A DNA stretch of 64,000 nucleotides from an uncultured Sulfurovum sp. (GCA_902727855.1 CACVAS010000058.1:45029-109028); one strand, 5' to 3'. Numbered from the stretch's first letter, positions 19,049 through 29,763 are shown. The notes: generated by a model not told the origin, from the letters alone. Numbers and translations are program-made.

Positions 19049-20407
19049 CTAGCGAGGGATATTTGCCATTCCTCCGCCACCTTGCATTTGTGCCATCATA
19101 TCTTGCATCTGTTTTGCACCACCTTTTCCAGACATTTTTTTAGCCATCTTTGCTGCATTTTTAAACTGCTTGAGTACACGGTTTACATGCATCACTTCCA
19201 TACCCGCACCCGTTGCCAAACGACGTTTACGCATATTGTTAAGTAAGTCTGGGTTTTCTCTCTCTTTAGGAGTCATTGAAGAGACCATCGCTTTTATTTG
19301 CTTTATTTCATCAGAATTTTCCAAGTCCATATCGCCAATTTGTTTTGCCATGTTGCCCATACCAGGTATCATCCCCATAATAGACTTCATGCTTCCTAGT
19401 TTTTTCATCTGCTCCATTTGTGCAAGGAAATCGTTAAAGTTAAACTGACCTTTTTTAATTTTTTGGGTCATTCGTTTTGCTTCTTTAGGGTCAATAGTCG
19501 CTGCTGCTCTTTCTGCTAGTCCTTCAACATCTCCTGCACCCATCAGACGTCCAACAATTCTGTCTGAAATAAACTGTTCAAGGTCTGGCATCTTCTCACC
19601 ATGTCCTATAAACCTAAGAGGTACACCTACTTGTTGTGTAAGACCAAGTGCCACTCCCCCTTTACCATCACCATCAAATTTGGAAAGGACTACACCAGTA
19701 ATACCTATTTTCTCTTTAAAGGTCTGTGCAGTTCTCACAGCATCTTGTCCAGTCATGGCATCTGCAACATAAAAGAGTTCATCTGGCTTGGCTGCAGTTT
19801 TTACATTGGCAAGTTCTTCCATCAGTTCATCATCTATTGCAAGACGCCCTGCGGTATCTATAAGTACAACATCATAGAGCTCTTTTTCTGCCTTAAATAG
19901 TCCATCTTCAACCACTTGTGTTGGTGTGGCATCTTCATCATAGAACAAATCTACCTCTATACCAGAAGTGACTTGCTTAAGTTGTTCAACCGCTGCAAGT
20001 CTTTGTAAATCTGCTGCAATAACAAGTACTTTTTTCTTTTTCTGTTCTTTTAGAAAGTGTGCAAGTTTACCTGTCGTTGTTGTTTTACCTGAACCTTGTA
20101 AACCTATCATCATCACAACAGTAGGAGGTTTGGAGGCAAAAGTAAATCCTCTAGGTGCACCTTCTATTGTTAGTATCTCAGTCAGTTTATCTTGAAGTGC
20201 TTTTAAAAAGTTCTCTTTACCTACACCATTCTTTTTTGTTTCAATCTCAACAGTACCTATGAGGTCTTTCACTACTTTATGGTGTACATCTGCTTTGAGC
20301 AACGATTTTTTAAGCTCTGTTGTCGCTTTTTTCAGTGCTTTTTCATCATCATGAAAACGTATTTTTCCTATGGCACTTTTAAAGCCATCAGTAAGTGTAT
20401 CTAACAT
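19049..20407 (-). CDS. ffh: signal recognition particle protein
   Basis: GLQGSGKTTT, DTAGR, Met-rich M domain. Confidence 0.98.
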   Translation of the reverse strand: MLDTLTDGFKSAIGKIRFHDDEKALKKATTELKKSLLKADVHHKVVKDLIGTVEIETKKNGVGKENFLKALQDKLTEILTIEGAPRGFTFASKPPTVVMMIGLQGSGKTTTTGKLAHFLKEQKKKKVLVIAADLQRLAAVEQLKQVTSGIEVDLFYDEDATPTQVVEDGLFKAEKELYDVVLIDTAGRLAIDDELMEELANVKTAAKPDELFYVADAMTGQDAVRTAQTFKEKIGITGVVLSKFDGDGKGGVALGLTQQVGVPLRFIGHGEKMPDLEQFISDRIVGRLMGAGDVEGLAERAAATIDPKEAKRMTQKIKKGQFNFNDFLAQMEQMKKLGSMKSIMGMIPGMGNMAKQIGDMDLENSDEIKQIKAMVSSMTPKERENPDLLNNMRKRRLATGAGMEVMHVNRVLKQFKNAAKMAKKMSGKGGAKQMQDMMAQMQGGGGMANIPR

Positions 20408-20462
20408 TATTTACCTTCTGTAATTATCTCATATGCTTGCAATTTTATCTAAGATTGGCTTA

Positions 20463-21200
20463 TTACTTATAACGGGCGATATCTTTTGGTTCAGTAGCAT
20501 TAAATTCATAATCTAATATTTTCATCTTTGCAGAGTGCAATAGCACACGCTTAGACTGTGTACGACTTCCATACTGTTCATCTCCAACAATCGCATGTCC
20601 AATGTGTGCCAGATGTACGCGTATTTGATGTGTACGTCCTGTGGTAATTTCTATATGTACTTTTGATTTCTTTCCTTGTAACTCTTCAGGCATGACAACT
20701 GTGTGTGCTTTTTTACCACGTATAGGGTCTATAAGAGAAAATGCTTTCCCTTTTTTTACCGTATGAATAGGCTCATCTATCTCTATTTTTTCATATAAAA
20801 CACCTTCTACCCATGCGACATAATGTTTTTCAACACGACGCGCCTTAAACTCTTTAATAGCAAGGTCTACAAATGCTCTATTTTTACCTAAGAGCAGCAC
20901 TCCTGAGGTATCTCTATCGAGTCTATGTAAAAGTTCTGCACCTTCTACGGCATCTTGTATCTCATACGAGTCTACTTGTGCTGGCTTATTAATAGCTATA
21001 ATATCATCGTCTTGATAGAGTATTTCTATATCTTCAGGGTATTCTATACGAAAAATAGTCTCTGTATGTATTTCTGCCCTAGCTATTTTTACTTTTTTAT
21101 CTTCAACAAAGACAAGTCCTCTGTCTATCAACTCTTTTGCTTTTTTATTGGAAATATCTTGCTGTATTGCAAGTACTTTATATGCTTTATCTGTAGCCAT
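20463..21200 (-). CDS. RluA-family RNA pseudouridine synthase
   Basis: LHRLDRDTSG, TGRTHQIRVHL, IVGDEQYG. Confidence 0.92.
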   Translation of the reverse strand: MATDKAYKVLAIQQDISNKKAKELIDRGLVFVEDKKVKIARAEIHTETIFRIEYPEDIEILYQDDDIIAINKPAQVDSYEIQDAVEGAELLHRLDRDTSGVLLLGKNRAFVDLAIKEFKARRVEKHYVAWVEGVLYEKIEIDEPIHTVKKGKAFSLIDPIRGKKAHTVVMPEELQGKKSKVHIEITTGRTHQIRVHLAHIGHAIVGDEQYGSRTQSKRVLLHSAKMKILDYEFNATEPKDIARYK

Positions 21201-21360
21201 GATTGTCTATCCTTATGCACTATCCTAGAATACCGTTTAGTATACTCTTATGGAAGGCTGTATTAATTGTAGAATTATAGCACTTTTTGAGAAATTTGTA
21301 GTCTATACAAAAATAAGCTTGTTACAGTAGAATACAAGCATATTAACAACATAAAGGATA

Positions 21361-22287
21361 ATGATGAAAAAGACATCAATCATTTTTGGATTATTTTTAA
21401 TCTTAGGAATCACAGCATCAGTAGCAAGTACTGCAAACAATCAAGTATTTAGTGTGGACAATACAGATGGTAAAATTACAGCTCAAAGTATAGAAGAAGC
21501 ATTTAACAGCACGAAAATGACGGTGCAAGTTAACAACAATATGAACTCTATTTTTGAGAAAAGATATAAAAAGACGCATCATAAATCGTACAACTTAGCT
21601 ATCTTTACACATGATGCATCAATCACAAAATTAATGAAAAAGTATCCAAGCATTGGACGTATTACACCTCTTTCTATGTCTATCTATTCTGATGATGCAA
21701 AAAAAACCATTAACATCTCTACACTCTCTTTACAAGGTATGGCTAGAATCACCAATATACCTGCAGATAACCCAGAGTTAATCGCTTATGCCAAAACCCT
21801 TGATGAAGCTTTACACAAAGCCCTACCTAAAGGTGCTTATATCGCAAAAGATATGAACCAAAAATCTACAGATAAAAAGATAGTCACAACCTTTACAACT
21901 GAGTTAGAACTGGAAGATGGTGACACCTACAGTGATGCCAAAGATGCTTTTAAAGAAGAGTTTGAAAGTGAAATAAGCTCTGCTGGTTACTTAGTGCCAA
22001 AATCTTACTCTTTTCAAGATGAAACCTATGATTTTTTTGACACCTATTCAATCATAAGATTTAATGCAATATTTCCAGTTTCTAAGGAGCACCCAGATGC
22101 AGGTTCATACGCACCATTTTCACTGGTTATCTACAAAAAGAAAGGTGAGGAGACTACGTACATAGAGTTTCCATCTATTACAAACTGGGTGAATGACCTT
22201 GGCATTAAAGATGCAGAAACGCTCAAAGAGGTAGAGAAAACACAAAATATGATTGCTGAAATTCTTGAAGAATTAACAGAAGAATAG
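21361..22287 (+). CDS. exported DUF302-like protein
   Basis: Signal peptide; two related halves (PSIGRITPLSMSIY / PDAGSYAPFSLVIY). Confidence 0.6.
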   Translation: MMKKTSIIFGLFLILGITASVASTANNQVFSVDNTDGKITAQSIEEAFNSTKMTVQVNNNMNSIFEKRYKKTHHKSYNLAIFTHDASITKLMKKYPSIGRITPLSMSIYSDDAKKTINISTLSLQGMARITNIPADNPELIAYAKTLDEALHKALPKGAYIAKDMNQKSTDKKIVTTFTTELELEDGDTYSDAKDAFKEEFESEISSAGYLVPKSYSFQDETYDFFDTYSIIRFNAIFPVSKEHPDAGSYAPFSLVIYKKKGEETTYIEFPSITNWVNDLGIKDAETLKEVEKTQNMIAEILEELTEE

Positions 22288-22296
22288 CTTCAACCT

Positions 22297-22321
22297 GTCG
22301 TAAGTAACAAATACTTACGAC
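22297..22321. terminator. hairpin between convergent genes
   Basis: GTCGTAAGTA-ACAAA-TACTTACGAC, perfect 10-bp stem. Confidence 0.65.
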
Positions 22322-22352
22322 CTTATTATCTCAATCTTCACTCACTTACATA

Positions 22353-23522
22353 CTATAAAATACTTTCCAAACTTTTCACAATCGGCGAAATATCTGTTCT
22401 ATGTTTAATCTTTGTTGGCTTCAGTAATCCATGTTGTAATAATCGACGTGAGAGATTGGAACTTTCCACAATAGCAATACCCTCTACCGCTTCAAATATA
22501 TCTGTCTGATTAAAATAGTGTTGCCCTGAAATTATCTTACAGCCAAACTGCGCAGCTTCTGCAGCATTGTGACCACCTATAGGAGCAAATGCACCACCTA
22601 GTATCACAATGTCTGAAATGGCATAAATATTGACCAATTCACCTAAGGCATCCACTAAAATGATATCATCATCAAAAGTATGATCTTCAGAATACCTCTG
22701 CCACGACAAATCACCCTCTTTTGCAGTTTTTTCTATCATAGAAGCAACTTTACTAAAACGTTCTGGGTGTCTAGGTACCACAATGAGTTTGGCATGGATA
22801 TTTTCTTTTTTAAATGCAAGAAATGCATCTAAAATAATCTCTTCTTCTCCCTCATGTGTACTCGCACCACAAAGTGTTAATGCTGTAGGTTTACTCAGTA
22901 CTTTGGTCGGTTTAGGCAGTGTAGAAAGTTTAATATTTCCAGTAACCATCACATTTTTAGCACCCAAGGACTCCAGACGTTCTTTATCTAGCTTTGTTTG
23001 GGCATACACTTCATCAATATGTTTAAATATCTGTACATATAACCATCTCATACGTAAATATTTGGGGTATGATCGCTCCGACATACGTGCGTTAATGAGT
23101 AGCGTCTTTGCCCCTCTTCTTCTGGCCAATGCAAAAAGTAAATACCAAAACTCAGCCTCCATGACCACTAAAGCCTTTTGTGGTTTCATCCAGTAAAACA
23201 ATAAAGGTTCAAAGGGTAAATAACTCACTTCTTTTGTGTAGTCATGTATAGCTTCATATCCGGTCTGTGTAGTAGTACTCATGCGCAACACACTTGAAGG
23301 GAGCTCATCAACCAAAGGTTTAATGGCTTTTGCCTCACCAAAAGAACAAGAGTGAAACCAAATACCATGAGCACGTAGAGGTTTATTTTTCCATAGGAAA
23401 AAACGCGCAGGGATAGAATCTTTATATTTGGTTTTCAATGAGAATAGAAGGAAAAAGGGAAGTGTGACGATGTACAAAAATAGTACTAAAAAACTATAGA
23501 GAAAAAAGAATAGTTTGTTCAT
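22353..23522 (-). CDS. waaA: 3-deoxy-D-manno-octulosonic acid transferase
   Basis: IWFHSCSFGE, LINARMS, GASTHEGEE, VPRHPERF, GGHN. Confidence 0.95.
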   Translation of the reverse strand: MNKLFFFLYSFLVLFLYIVTLPFFLLFSLKTKYKDSIPARFFLWKNKPLRAHGIWFHSCSFGEAKAIKPLVDELPSSVLRMSTTTQTGYEAIHDYTKEVSYLPFEPLLFYWMKPQKALVVMEAEFWYLLFALARRRGAKTLLINARMSERSYPKYLRMRWLYVQIFKHIDEVYAQTKLDKERLESLGAKNVMVTGNIKLSTLPKPTKVLSKPTALTLCGASTHEGEEEIILDAFLAFKKENIHAKLIVVPRHPERFSKVASMIEKTAKEGDLSWQRYSEDHTFDDDIILVDALGELVNIYAISDIVILGGAFAPIGGHNAAEAAQFGCKIISGQHYFNQTDIFEAVEGIAIVESSNLSRRLLQHGLLKPTKIKHRTDISPIVKSLESIL

Positions 23523-23618
23523 AATTGCTCCCAAACAATCGACCAGTCGAATGAGCAGTCCGCTGAGGAAAACTCAGCGTTAGCGTAGATTTATGAAGCT
23601 TTTGCTTTACAGTCGTTC

Positions 23619-24341
23619 TTAAGCAGTCTCAGCAGAAACTGGCTCAATATACAAGATACGTCCACAGTAAGGACAATTACAAATCTCTTCAGCTTTAATC
23701 ACTTCTGAATATGTCTTGTCATTGAGTTTCATATAACATCCGTAACATGCTTGTTTCTTAACAGGAACAACCGCAGAGTTTCCTGCCCAAATACGAATTT
23801 TTTCATAGAATGCAAGTACTTTTTGCTCTATATTTCTAGTAAATTCTTCTCTTTTCTTAAACAGTAGACCTTTACTTTTTTCAATTTCTTCTTTTACAAC
23901 AGAAACTTCTTTAACTACCTCATCAAACTGTGTTGTTAAAGTTTTTACAGTTTCAGAAACTTCTTCTAAAAGCTCACCTTTAGTAACATTGATGCCTTCA
24001 AGTCTTTCAATCTCTTCATTGGCAAAAGTCATTTTTTCTTTAGCAATATCTTCTTCTAAAGAGAGGGCTTTCATCTCTTTTTCTGTAGTAATTTCTTTTG
24101 CTTTTTGAACATTAAGTGAAAGTTGCTCATGCAGTAAAGTAAGTTGTTCATTAAAACTTTTAACTTTCTCTTCATTCTGTGCAATACCAGATGTTAAGTC
24201 ATCAAACTCACCTTGTGCAGTATCAATCTTTTTTTGTATCTTTGCTACTTTTTTATCTGCTGCTTCTAACTGCGGTGTATAACTATCAATAGCTTGGTCA
24301 TTTTTAGAAAGCTCAATAAGCTCATTCAAGTGTTTGTTCAA
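23619..24341 (-). CDS. coiled-coil protein with C4 zinc ribbon (DUF164-like)
   Basis: Long coiled coil then CYGC...CPYCGRILY. Confidence 0.9.
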   Translation of the reverse strand: MNKHLNELIELSKNDQAIDSYTPQLEAADKKVAKIQKKIDTAQGEFDDLTSGIAQNEEKVKSFNEQLTLLHEQLSLNVQKAKEITTEKEMKALSLEEDIAKEKMTFANEEIERLEGINVTKGELLEEVSETVKTLTTQFDEVVKEVSVVKEEIEKSKGLLFKKREEFTRNIEQKVLAFYEKIRIWAGNSAVVPVKKQACYGCYMKLNDKTYSEVIKAEEICNCPYCGRILYIEPVSAETA

Positions 24342-24401
24342 TCTCTATCCTTTTGGAGTTTAAGCGTTACTTCTGTTACGTATAGAAGGTCAAAGACGCC
24401 C

Positions 24402-25133
24402 TTAAGTACCTGTCTCAATTTGAAATGGGTTTTTAGAATTTGCAATTATAGCCAAAATAGGTAAAACTTTCAATTCATCTAAAAGTATCTGGGCAAAAAA
24501 CTTCTCAGATTCATAATGTCCTATGTCTACCATCATCAAATCTTCACTCATCGCCTTCATGGCATCATGGTATTTAATGTCACCTGTTAAAAAACAATCT
24601 GCATCAACTTCGTCCATAAGAGACGCCCCAGCTCCCGTACAAAGTGCAATAGACTGAATGTTTTCCTTCTTCCCTACCACTCTTAAAGTTGGTAAATCCA
24701 ATTTCTCTTTTATATGTGCTAAAAGTGCTTTATAGTTCCATTGACCTTTTGTGCTACAAAGAAAAGCACTTTGTGCAGTAAGTGTAAAGCCTAAAATCTT
24801 TTCAAAAACATACTTATTTAAATGCGTCTGATCAAAATTGGTATGAAGTGCTATACAAGAGTGTTTTTTAAGTATCATCTCTTCCATTAAATTAGAAGGG
24901 TACTTAGCAAAATCAAGTTGCGTCAATTTACCAAATATAAGCGGATGATGCACCACAAAAAGCGTTCCTTCTTTTGCCTCTTTTATCATCTCCAAATCAA
25001 TATCTAATGAGACAACAACCTGAGACACTTCTCTAGACATATCTCCTAAAATAAGCCCAGAGTTATCCCACTTCTCTTGAAGTTCAAAAGGACTTATTTT
25101 GTTTAAAAAATCATAGATTTCTTGAAGTTTCAT
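24402..25133 (-). CDS. Nif3-like dinuclear metal protein
   Basis: WDNSGL, HHPLIF, HTNFD, TGDIKYH, GHYESE. Confidence 0.93.
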   Translation of the reverse strand: MKLQEIYDFLNKISPFELQEKWDNSGLILGDMSREVSQVVVSLDIDLEMIKEAKEGTLFVVHHPLIFGKLTQLDFAKYPSNLMEEMILKKHSCIALHTNFDQTHLNKYVFEKILGFTLTAQSAFLCSTKGQWNYKALLAHIKEKLDLPTLRVVGKKENIQSIALCTGAGASLMDEVDADCFLTGDIKYHDAMKAMSEDLMMVDIGHYESEKFFAQILLDELKVLPILAIIANSKNPFQIETGT

Positions 25134-25144
25134 GGTTACGTTTG

Positions 25145-25636
25145 TTACCTCTTAACTTTTTTAGACTTCTGCATCACTTGTTCATTAAGTTCAAGCTTAT
25201 AAGCAATAATCTCTTCTCTTGTCTTCTCATCACCTGCACCTACTATTTGCGCTGCTAAAATACCTGCATTTTTGGCACCATTAAGTGCTACTGTTGCCAC
25301 AGGAACACCACCAGGCATTTGGAGTATAGAGAGTATGGAATCCCATCCATCAATGGAATTACTTGACTTAACTGGTACACCAATGACAGGTAGTGGAGAC
25401 ATAGAAGCAATCATGCCTGGCAAATGTGCCGCACCACCAGCACCTGCAATAATGACTTGTATGCCACGCTTATGTGCATTTTTTGAGTACTCAAAAAGTT
25501 TTTCTGGTGTTCTATGTGCAGAGACTACATCAAGTTCATACCCTACACCAAACTCTTCTAACATATCTGCTGCCGCTTGCATCACTGGTAGGTCTGAGTC
25601 TGAACCCATCACTATACTTACTACTACTTTTCCCAT
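25145..25636 (-). CDS. purE: N5-CAIR mutase, intact copy paired with purK
   Basis: MGSDSD, VSAHRTP, AGAGGAAHLPG, PVIGVP, QMPGGVPVATV. Confidence 0.96.
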   Translation of the reverse strand: MGKVVVSIVMGSDSDLPVMQAAADMLEEFGVGYELDVVSAHRTPEKLFEYSKNAHKRGIQVIIAGAGGAAHLPGMIASMSPLPVIGVPVKSSNSIDGWDSILSILQMPGGVPVATVALNGAKNAGILAAQIVGAGDEKTREEIIAYKLELNEQVMQKSKKVKR

Positions 25637-26784
25637 GATTTTACCTTTAATACTTTTTTAACCTCTTTGACTTTTTCCAATGCATCTTCAACACTGTCCG
25701 ACAAAATAGTCACATGTCCCATTTTTCTAAAAGGTCTTGTGCTTTTTTTACCATAAAGATGAATCTTTACACCTTCAATAGCCATACATTCTTCAAACCC
25801 TTCATAATACACAGGTCCTTCATATCCAGGCTCCCCTAATAAATTCAGCATCACAGAACTGCTAATGAGTTGTGTACTTCCTAATGGTAAATCAAGTATG
25901 GCTCTTAAAAGTTGTTTCAGCTGAGAAGTCACAATACTGTCTATAGTATGATGTCCACTGTTATGTGGTCTAGGAGCTACTTCATTGATGAGTATATTGC
26001 CACTTTTATCTATGAAAAACTCAATGGCAAGTAGTCCAACCATATGAAACTTACTTATAATCTCATGGGCTAACTTCTCGGCCTCTTTACTTTGTGCATC
26101 TGTAATGTTCGCAGGACAAATGACCTCTTCGACAAGATTGGTCTCATCATTAAAGGTCATCTCCACTGCAGGGAAACAGCGTACTTCACCTTTAGCATTA
26201 CGTGCAGCAATCACAGCAATCTCTTTTTCTATGTCTACTAAGCCTTCAACCATAAATGCACCTTTTAAAAGTGAAGTATTCTCACCTTTTACAACAGAAA
26301 CACCATGACCATCATAACCGCCCTTACGTAGCTTCTGCACAAAAGGGTATGCTAAAGCTCCAGAGTCTAATGCCTCTTTTATCTGCTCTTCATCCTCATA
26401 ACATGCAAAATCAGAAGTGGGTAGATTGTGTTTGACATAAAACTCTTTTTGTAGTCCCTTATCTTGAATAAGAGCCAATATATCTGGATCTGGTACAATT
26501 TTCAGCCCTTCAGACTTTAACTTTTGAAGTGCTTCAATATTCACGTCTTCTAGTTCAAAGGTCAATAAGTCTACCTGTTTACCAAAAGCATAGACATCAT
26601 CAAAGTTTCTAACGTCACCTTTCACATACTGCGATACAACGTTACGTGCAGAACACGCTTCATCTGGGTCAAGCACATAGGTAGTAATGTCCCACCTACT
26701 TGCTTCTTGTATGAGCATTTTTCCTAGCTGCCCACCAGCGATAACACCCATTTTCAAACTTGAAGTGACTAGTTTTTCAATCAT
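25624..26784 (-). CDS. purK: N5-CAIR synthetase
   Basis: GGQLGKM, GGYDGHG, NEVAPRPHNSGH, HLYGK..RPFRKMGH. Confidence 0.96.
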   Translation of the reverse strand: MIEKLVTSSLKMGVIAGGQLGKMLIQEASRWDITTYVLDPDEACSARNVVSQYVKGDVRNFDDVYAFGKQVDLLTFELEDVNIEALQKLKSEGLKIVPDPDILALIQDKGLQKEFYVKHNLPTSDFACYEDEEQIKEALDSGALAYPFVQKLRKGGYDGHGVSVVKGENTSLLKGAFMVEGLVDIEKEIAVIAARNAKGEVRCFPAVEMTFNDETNLVEEVICPANITDAQSKEAEKLAHEIISKFHMVGLLAIEFFIDKSGNILINEVAPRPHNSGHHTIDSIVTSQLKQLLRAILDLPLGSTQLISSSVMLNLLGEPGYEGPVYYEGFEECMAIEGVKIHLYGKKSTRPFRKMGHVTILSDSVEDALEKVKEVKKVLKVKSWEK

Positions 26785-26797
26785 ACTGCTATGCAAT

Positions 26798-27679
26798 TTA
26801 GCCCTTTACTCTTTCATTACGTTCTTGTTCTTGTGCTTTGTAAAGCTCTGCACACCCAATAGAAAGTTCTCTCACTTTTAGTATATAGTTTTGTCTTTGT
26901 AGTTGAGAAATAGCCTTTCTCGCATCAAGCACATTAAATGCATGAGAAGCCACCATACATTGGTCATATGCAGGTAGAGGAAGACCTGCGTCTAAACATA
27001 CTTTACACTCATTAGAGGCATCTTCAAAGTGCTGAAATAAGTTTTCAACATTGGCCACTTCAAAGTGGTATTTAGAAAACTCATACTCTGTTTGCTTATG
27101 GACATCACCATAGGTAGTTACAGTATCACCCATTTTATTCCATACTAAGTCATAGACCGAATCTACCCCTTGTAGGTACATCGCTAAACGTTCTGTACCA
27201 TATGTTATCTCTACTGCTACAGGGTCGCAAGCTATACCTCCAACTTGTTGAAAGTAAGTAAACTGAGTCACTTCCATACCATCAAGCCATACTTCCCAGC
27301 CAAGACCCCATGCACCCAGTGTTGGTGATTCCCAGTTGTCTTCTACAAAACGGATGTCATGCTCTTGTAAGTTAAGTCCCAAGTATTCCAAAGACTTCAA
27401 GTAAAGCTCTTGTATATTGTCTGGACTTGGTTTAATAAGCGCTTGAAATTGGTAATAAGCCCCTAATCTATTTGGGTTCTCCCCATAACGCCCATCTGTA
27501 GGACGACGTGAAGGTGCCACATACGCAGCCGACCAAGGCTTAGAGTCTAGACTTCTAAGCAGTGTCGCAGGGTGAAATGTCCCTGCCCCTGAAGGTATGT
27601 CATAAGGCTGTACAATGTTGCATCCCTGCTCTGCCCAGTATTGTTGTAGTTTGAGTAACATATCGCTAAATGTTAACAC
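26798..27679 (-). CDS. glyQ: glycyl-tRNA synthetase alpha subunit
   Basis: [37 protein letters not shown]; GTG start. Confidence 0.98.
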   Translation of the reverse strand: MLTFSDMLLKLQQYWAEQGCNIVQPYDIPSGAGTFHPATLLRSLDSKPWSAAYVAPSRRPTDGRYGENPNRLGAYYQFQALIKPSPDNIQELYLKSLEYLGLNLQEHDIRFVEDNWESPTLGAWGLGWEVWLDGMEVTQFTYFQQVGGIACDPVAVEITYGTERLAMYLQGVDSVYDLVWNKMGDTVTTYGDVHKQTEYEFSKYHFEVANVENLFQHFEDASNECKVCLDAGLPLPAYDQCMVASHAFNVLDARKAISQLQRQNYILKVRELSIGCAELYKAQEQERNERVKG

Positions 27680-28218
27680 ATTAATTCCTTTAAAGTTTTT
27701 TTCTTAAATTGTTTAGTAAAGAAGTTAACATCTTCTGTATATATATCGTCTATAAATCCACTCTCTTTATACTTAGCAAGTGCAAATCTAGGTACATCTT
27801 TTGAAACACCACACTTAAAACGATTAAAATGTGGGTTACAATTTTTATGTACAACACAATAAATAAATTTATAATCTTCTTTTTGTACATTTATTAGCCC
27901 TAATATTTTATCTAATTCTCTTTTTCCATCAGTTAATTTCCCCGTAACCTCTGAGTTACTTGGTTTCCGTTGATTTTTAAATTCAATTAAATAAATATTT
28001 GTATTATTAATATACAAAGCATCAAATGCCTGTGGTCTAGTATAAGGGTCAGGATATTTATCTTCAATAATTTTATCAAAATTAATTACTTTTTGAGTTT
28101 CATCATAACAAAGATACTCAATAGGCTTATCTTTATCATGATTGTCTAAACTAGTTTCTTTAAAAGAAGAAAAATATGACTGATAACTATTATTTAAAGC
28201 ATATAATATCTCAGCCAT
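27673..28218 (-). CDS. hypothetical protein with PD-(D/E)xK-like motif
   Basis: FDAL...YLIEFKN; start at ATG 28218 overlapping the ATPase stop. Confidence 0.6.
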   Translation of the reverse strand: MAEILYALNNSYQSYFSSFKETSLDNHDKDKPIEYLCYDETQKVINFDKIIEDKYPDPYTRPQAFDALYINNTNIYLIEFKNQRKPSNSEVTGKLTDGKRELDKILGLINVQKEDYKFIYCVVHKNCNPHFNRFKCGVSKDVPRFALAKYKESGFIDDIYTEDVNFFTKQFKKKTLKELMC

Positions 28219-29227
28219 TCTGAAATCGCTCACTCTCCATCTCTTCAAACACATCAAAAGGTTCTGATAGTTTTTCAAATATTTTAACTAATGTTTCAGA
28301 GTTACCATTGTTTTCTTTTTTTATATAGCCATCCTCAGCTAAATAAAAATCTGCATTTACTTTTTCTAATTCACTGTATCTTTGTAACGCTTCTATCATA
28401 TATGGACTATGTGAATTAACCAATATTTTCACACCATTTTTCACAAGCTCTACAATTATTTTTGCCATTTCTAATTGCCACTTTGGGTGTAAATGGACCT
28501 CTGGCTCATCCAATACCAAAACTGTATTTTCATTTAAGTAGTTATTTTGAGAAAGCACTTGAAAAATTCCAAAGTATTTAATACCAGTTGCTGTATTAAT
28601 CATTTCAATATCTTGTCCATTTTTATGAAAGAAAAAATTACCTTTATCATCTTGAATAAACCGTCCCTCCATCAAAGAAATTGTATCATCTGTAACTCTA
28701 CTACTTTTACTAGATGTCCGTTTTATGGATAATTTAAAATGTAAGTCTTTAAAAAAATAAGGGTAATCCAACGAAATATTCATCTGGGATTCTATAAGTG
28801 ATAAATCGCTAAATAGTTTCATAAAATTCCATACTAATGGTGTCTCAATAAAAATAATATCTCTTTCTTTTTCACTGACTCCACCAATATGTTCTTCTCC
28901 AATACTTGGTGCTGAAAACCTATCATCTCTTTTTAGAGAATAACGACCATACTCTGTTTTTAATGATAGATAGCCACCTTCCGATAAAGAATTCTGTTTA
29001 AAAAGCTTAGACATTAAGTAACCAACATTTAAGACAGCTGAGTCCCCTCGTATATTTTCATCTCTCGTTTTTTGAGTAAAACCTTTTTCTCTACTTTTCA
29101 ATATTACATATAATGCTTTTCCAACAGTACTCTTTCCTGTATCGTTCTCACCAGCAATCACAGTAAGACCATCTATAAAAACATTAGCTTCTTTTATCAT
29201 CCCTATATTTTTAAGTTGGAGTTCCAT
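28211..29227 (-). CDS. ABC-type ATPase (AAA_15/AAA_21-like)
   Basis: Walker A GENDTGKST, signature-like ATGIK, Walker B VLVLDEPEVHLHP, H-loop NSHSPY; no TM partner. Confidence 0.88.
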   Translation of the reverse strand: MELQLKNIGMIKEANVFIDGLTVIAGENDTGKSTVGKALYVILKSREKGFTQKTRDENIRGDSAVLNVGYLMSKLFKQNSLSEGGYLSLKTEYGRYSLKRDDRFSAPSIGEEHIGGVSEKERDIIFIETPLVWNFMKLFSDLSLIESQMNISLDYPYFFKDLHFKLSIKRTSSKSSRVTDDTISLMEGRFIQDDKGNFFFHKNGQDIEMINTATGIKYFGIFQVLSQNNYLNENTVLVLDEPEVHLHPKWQLEMAKIIVELVKNGVKILVNSHSPYMIEALQRYSELEKVNADFYLAEDGYIKKENNGNSETLVKIFEKLSEPFDVFEEMESERFQNG

Positions 29228-29249
29228 GAATTACCTTTTACGTTTAAAA

Positions 29250-29744
29250 TTAAAGTATTATTTCTATCTCAGAAGAGTCAAGCTCCACTTTTTTTGCTTT
29301 GCTTATGCGGTCTTCTTGAAGCTTTACGTTCAGTTCATCATCTTGCAATGCCATGATTTGAATGGCTAAATAGGCTGCATTCACTGCTCCAGCCGTTCCA
29401 ATAGCTAATGTCCCTACAGGCATACCGTCTGACATCATCACAGTACTTAAAAGTGCATCTTCACCATTAAGCGCACCTGACTCTATAGGTACACCTAATA
29501 CAGGTTTAGTGGTATTGGCTGCTACAGTACCACCTAAATGTGCTGCCATACCTGCTGCAGCAATAAACACTTGTGCACCTTTGGCTTCTGCTGTTTTTAT
29601 ATATTGTTTCGTTCTTTCAGGACTTTTAAGTGCAGATGAGACAACAAGTTCATAAGGTACACCAAATTTTTTCAATGTTTCTGCACATTCAGACATAATA
29701 GTGTAATCACTTTTTGAAGCAATAACAATAGACACAAATTTCAT
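29250..29744 (-). CDS. purE: PurE paralogue with degenerate active-site motifs
   Basis: PurE fold (AAAGMAAHLGG, PVLGVP) but IASKSD, SSALKSP and MMSDG replace MGSxSD, SAHRxP and QMPxG. Confidence 0.8.
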   Translation of the reverse strand: MKFVSIVIASKSDYTIMSECAETLKKFGVPYELVVSSALKSPERTKQYIKTAEAKGAQVFIAAAGMAAHLGGTVAANTTKPVLGVPIESGALNGEDALLSTVMMSDGMPVGTLAIGTAGAVNAAYLAIQIMALQDDELNVKLQEDRISKAKKVELDSSEIEIIL

Positions 29745-29763
29745 TATTTATCCTTTTAAACCT

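Noticed and set aside
14091-20407. tmRNA near smpB or SRP RNA near ffh
   Set aside because: No tRNA-like ends, tag frame or SRP core motif recognised in the intergenic gaps.
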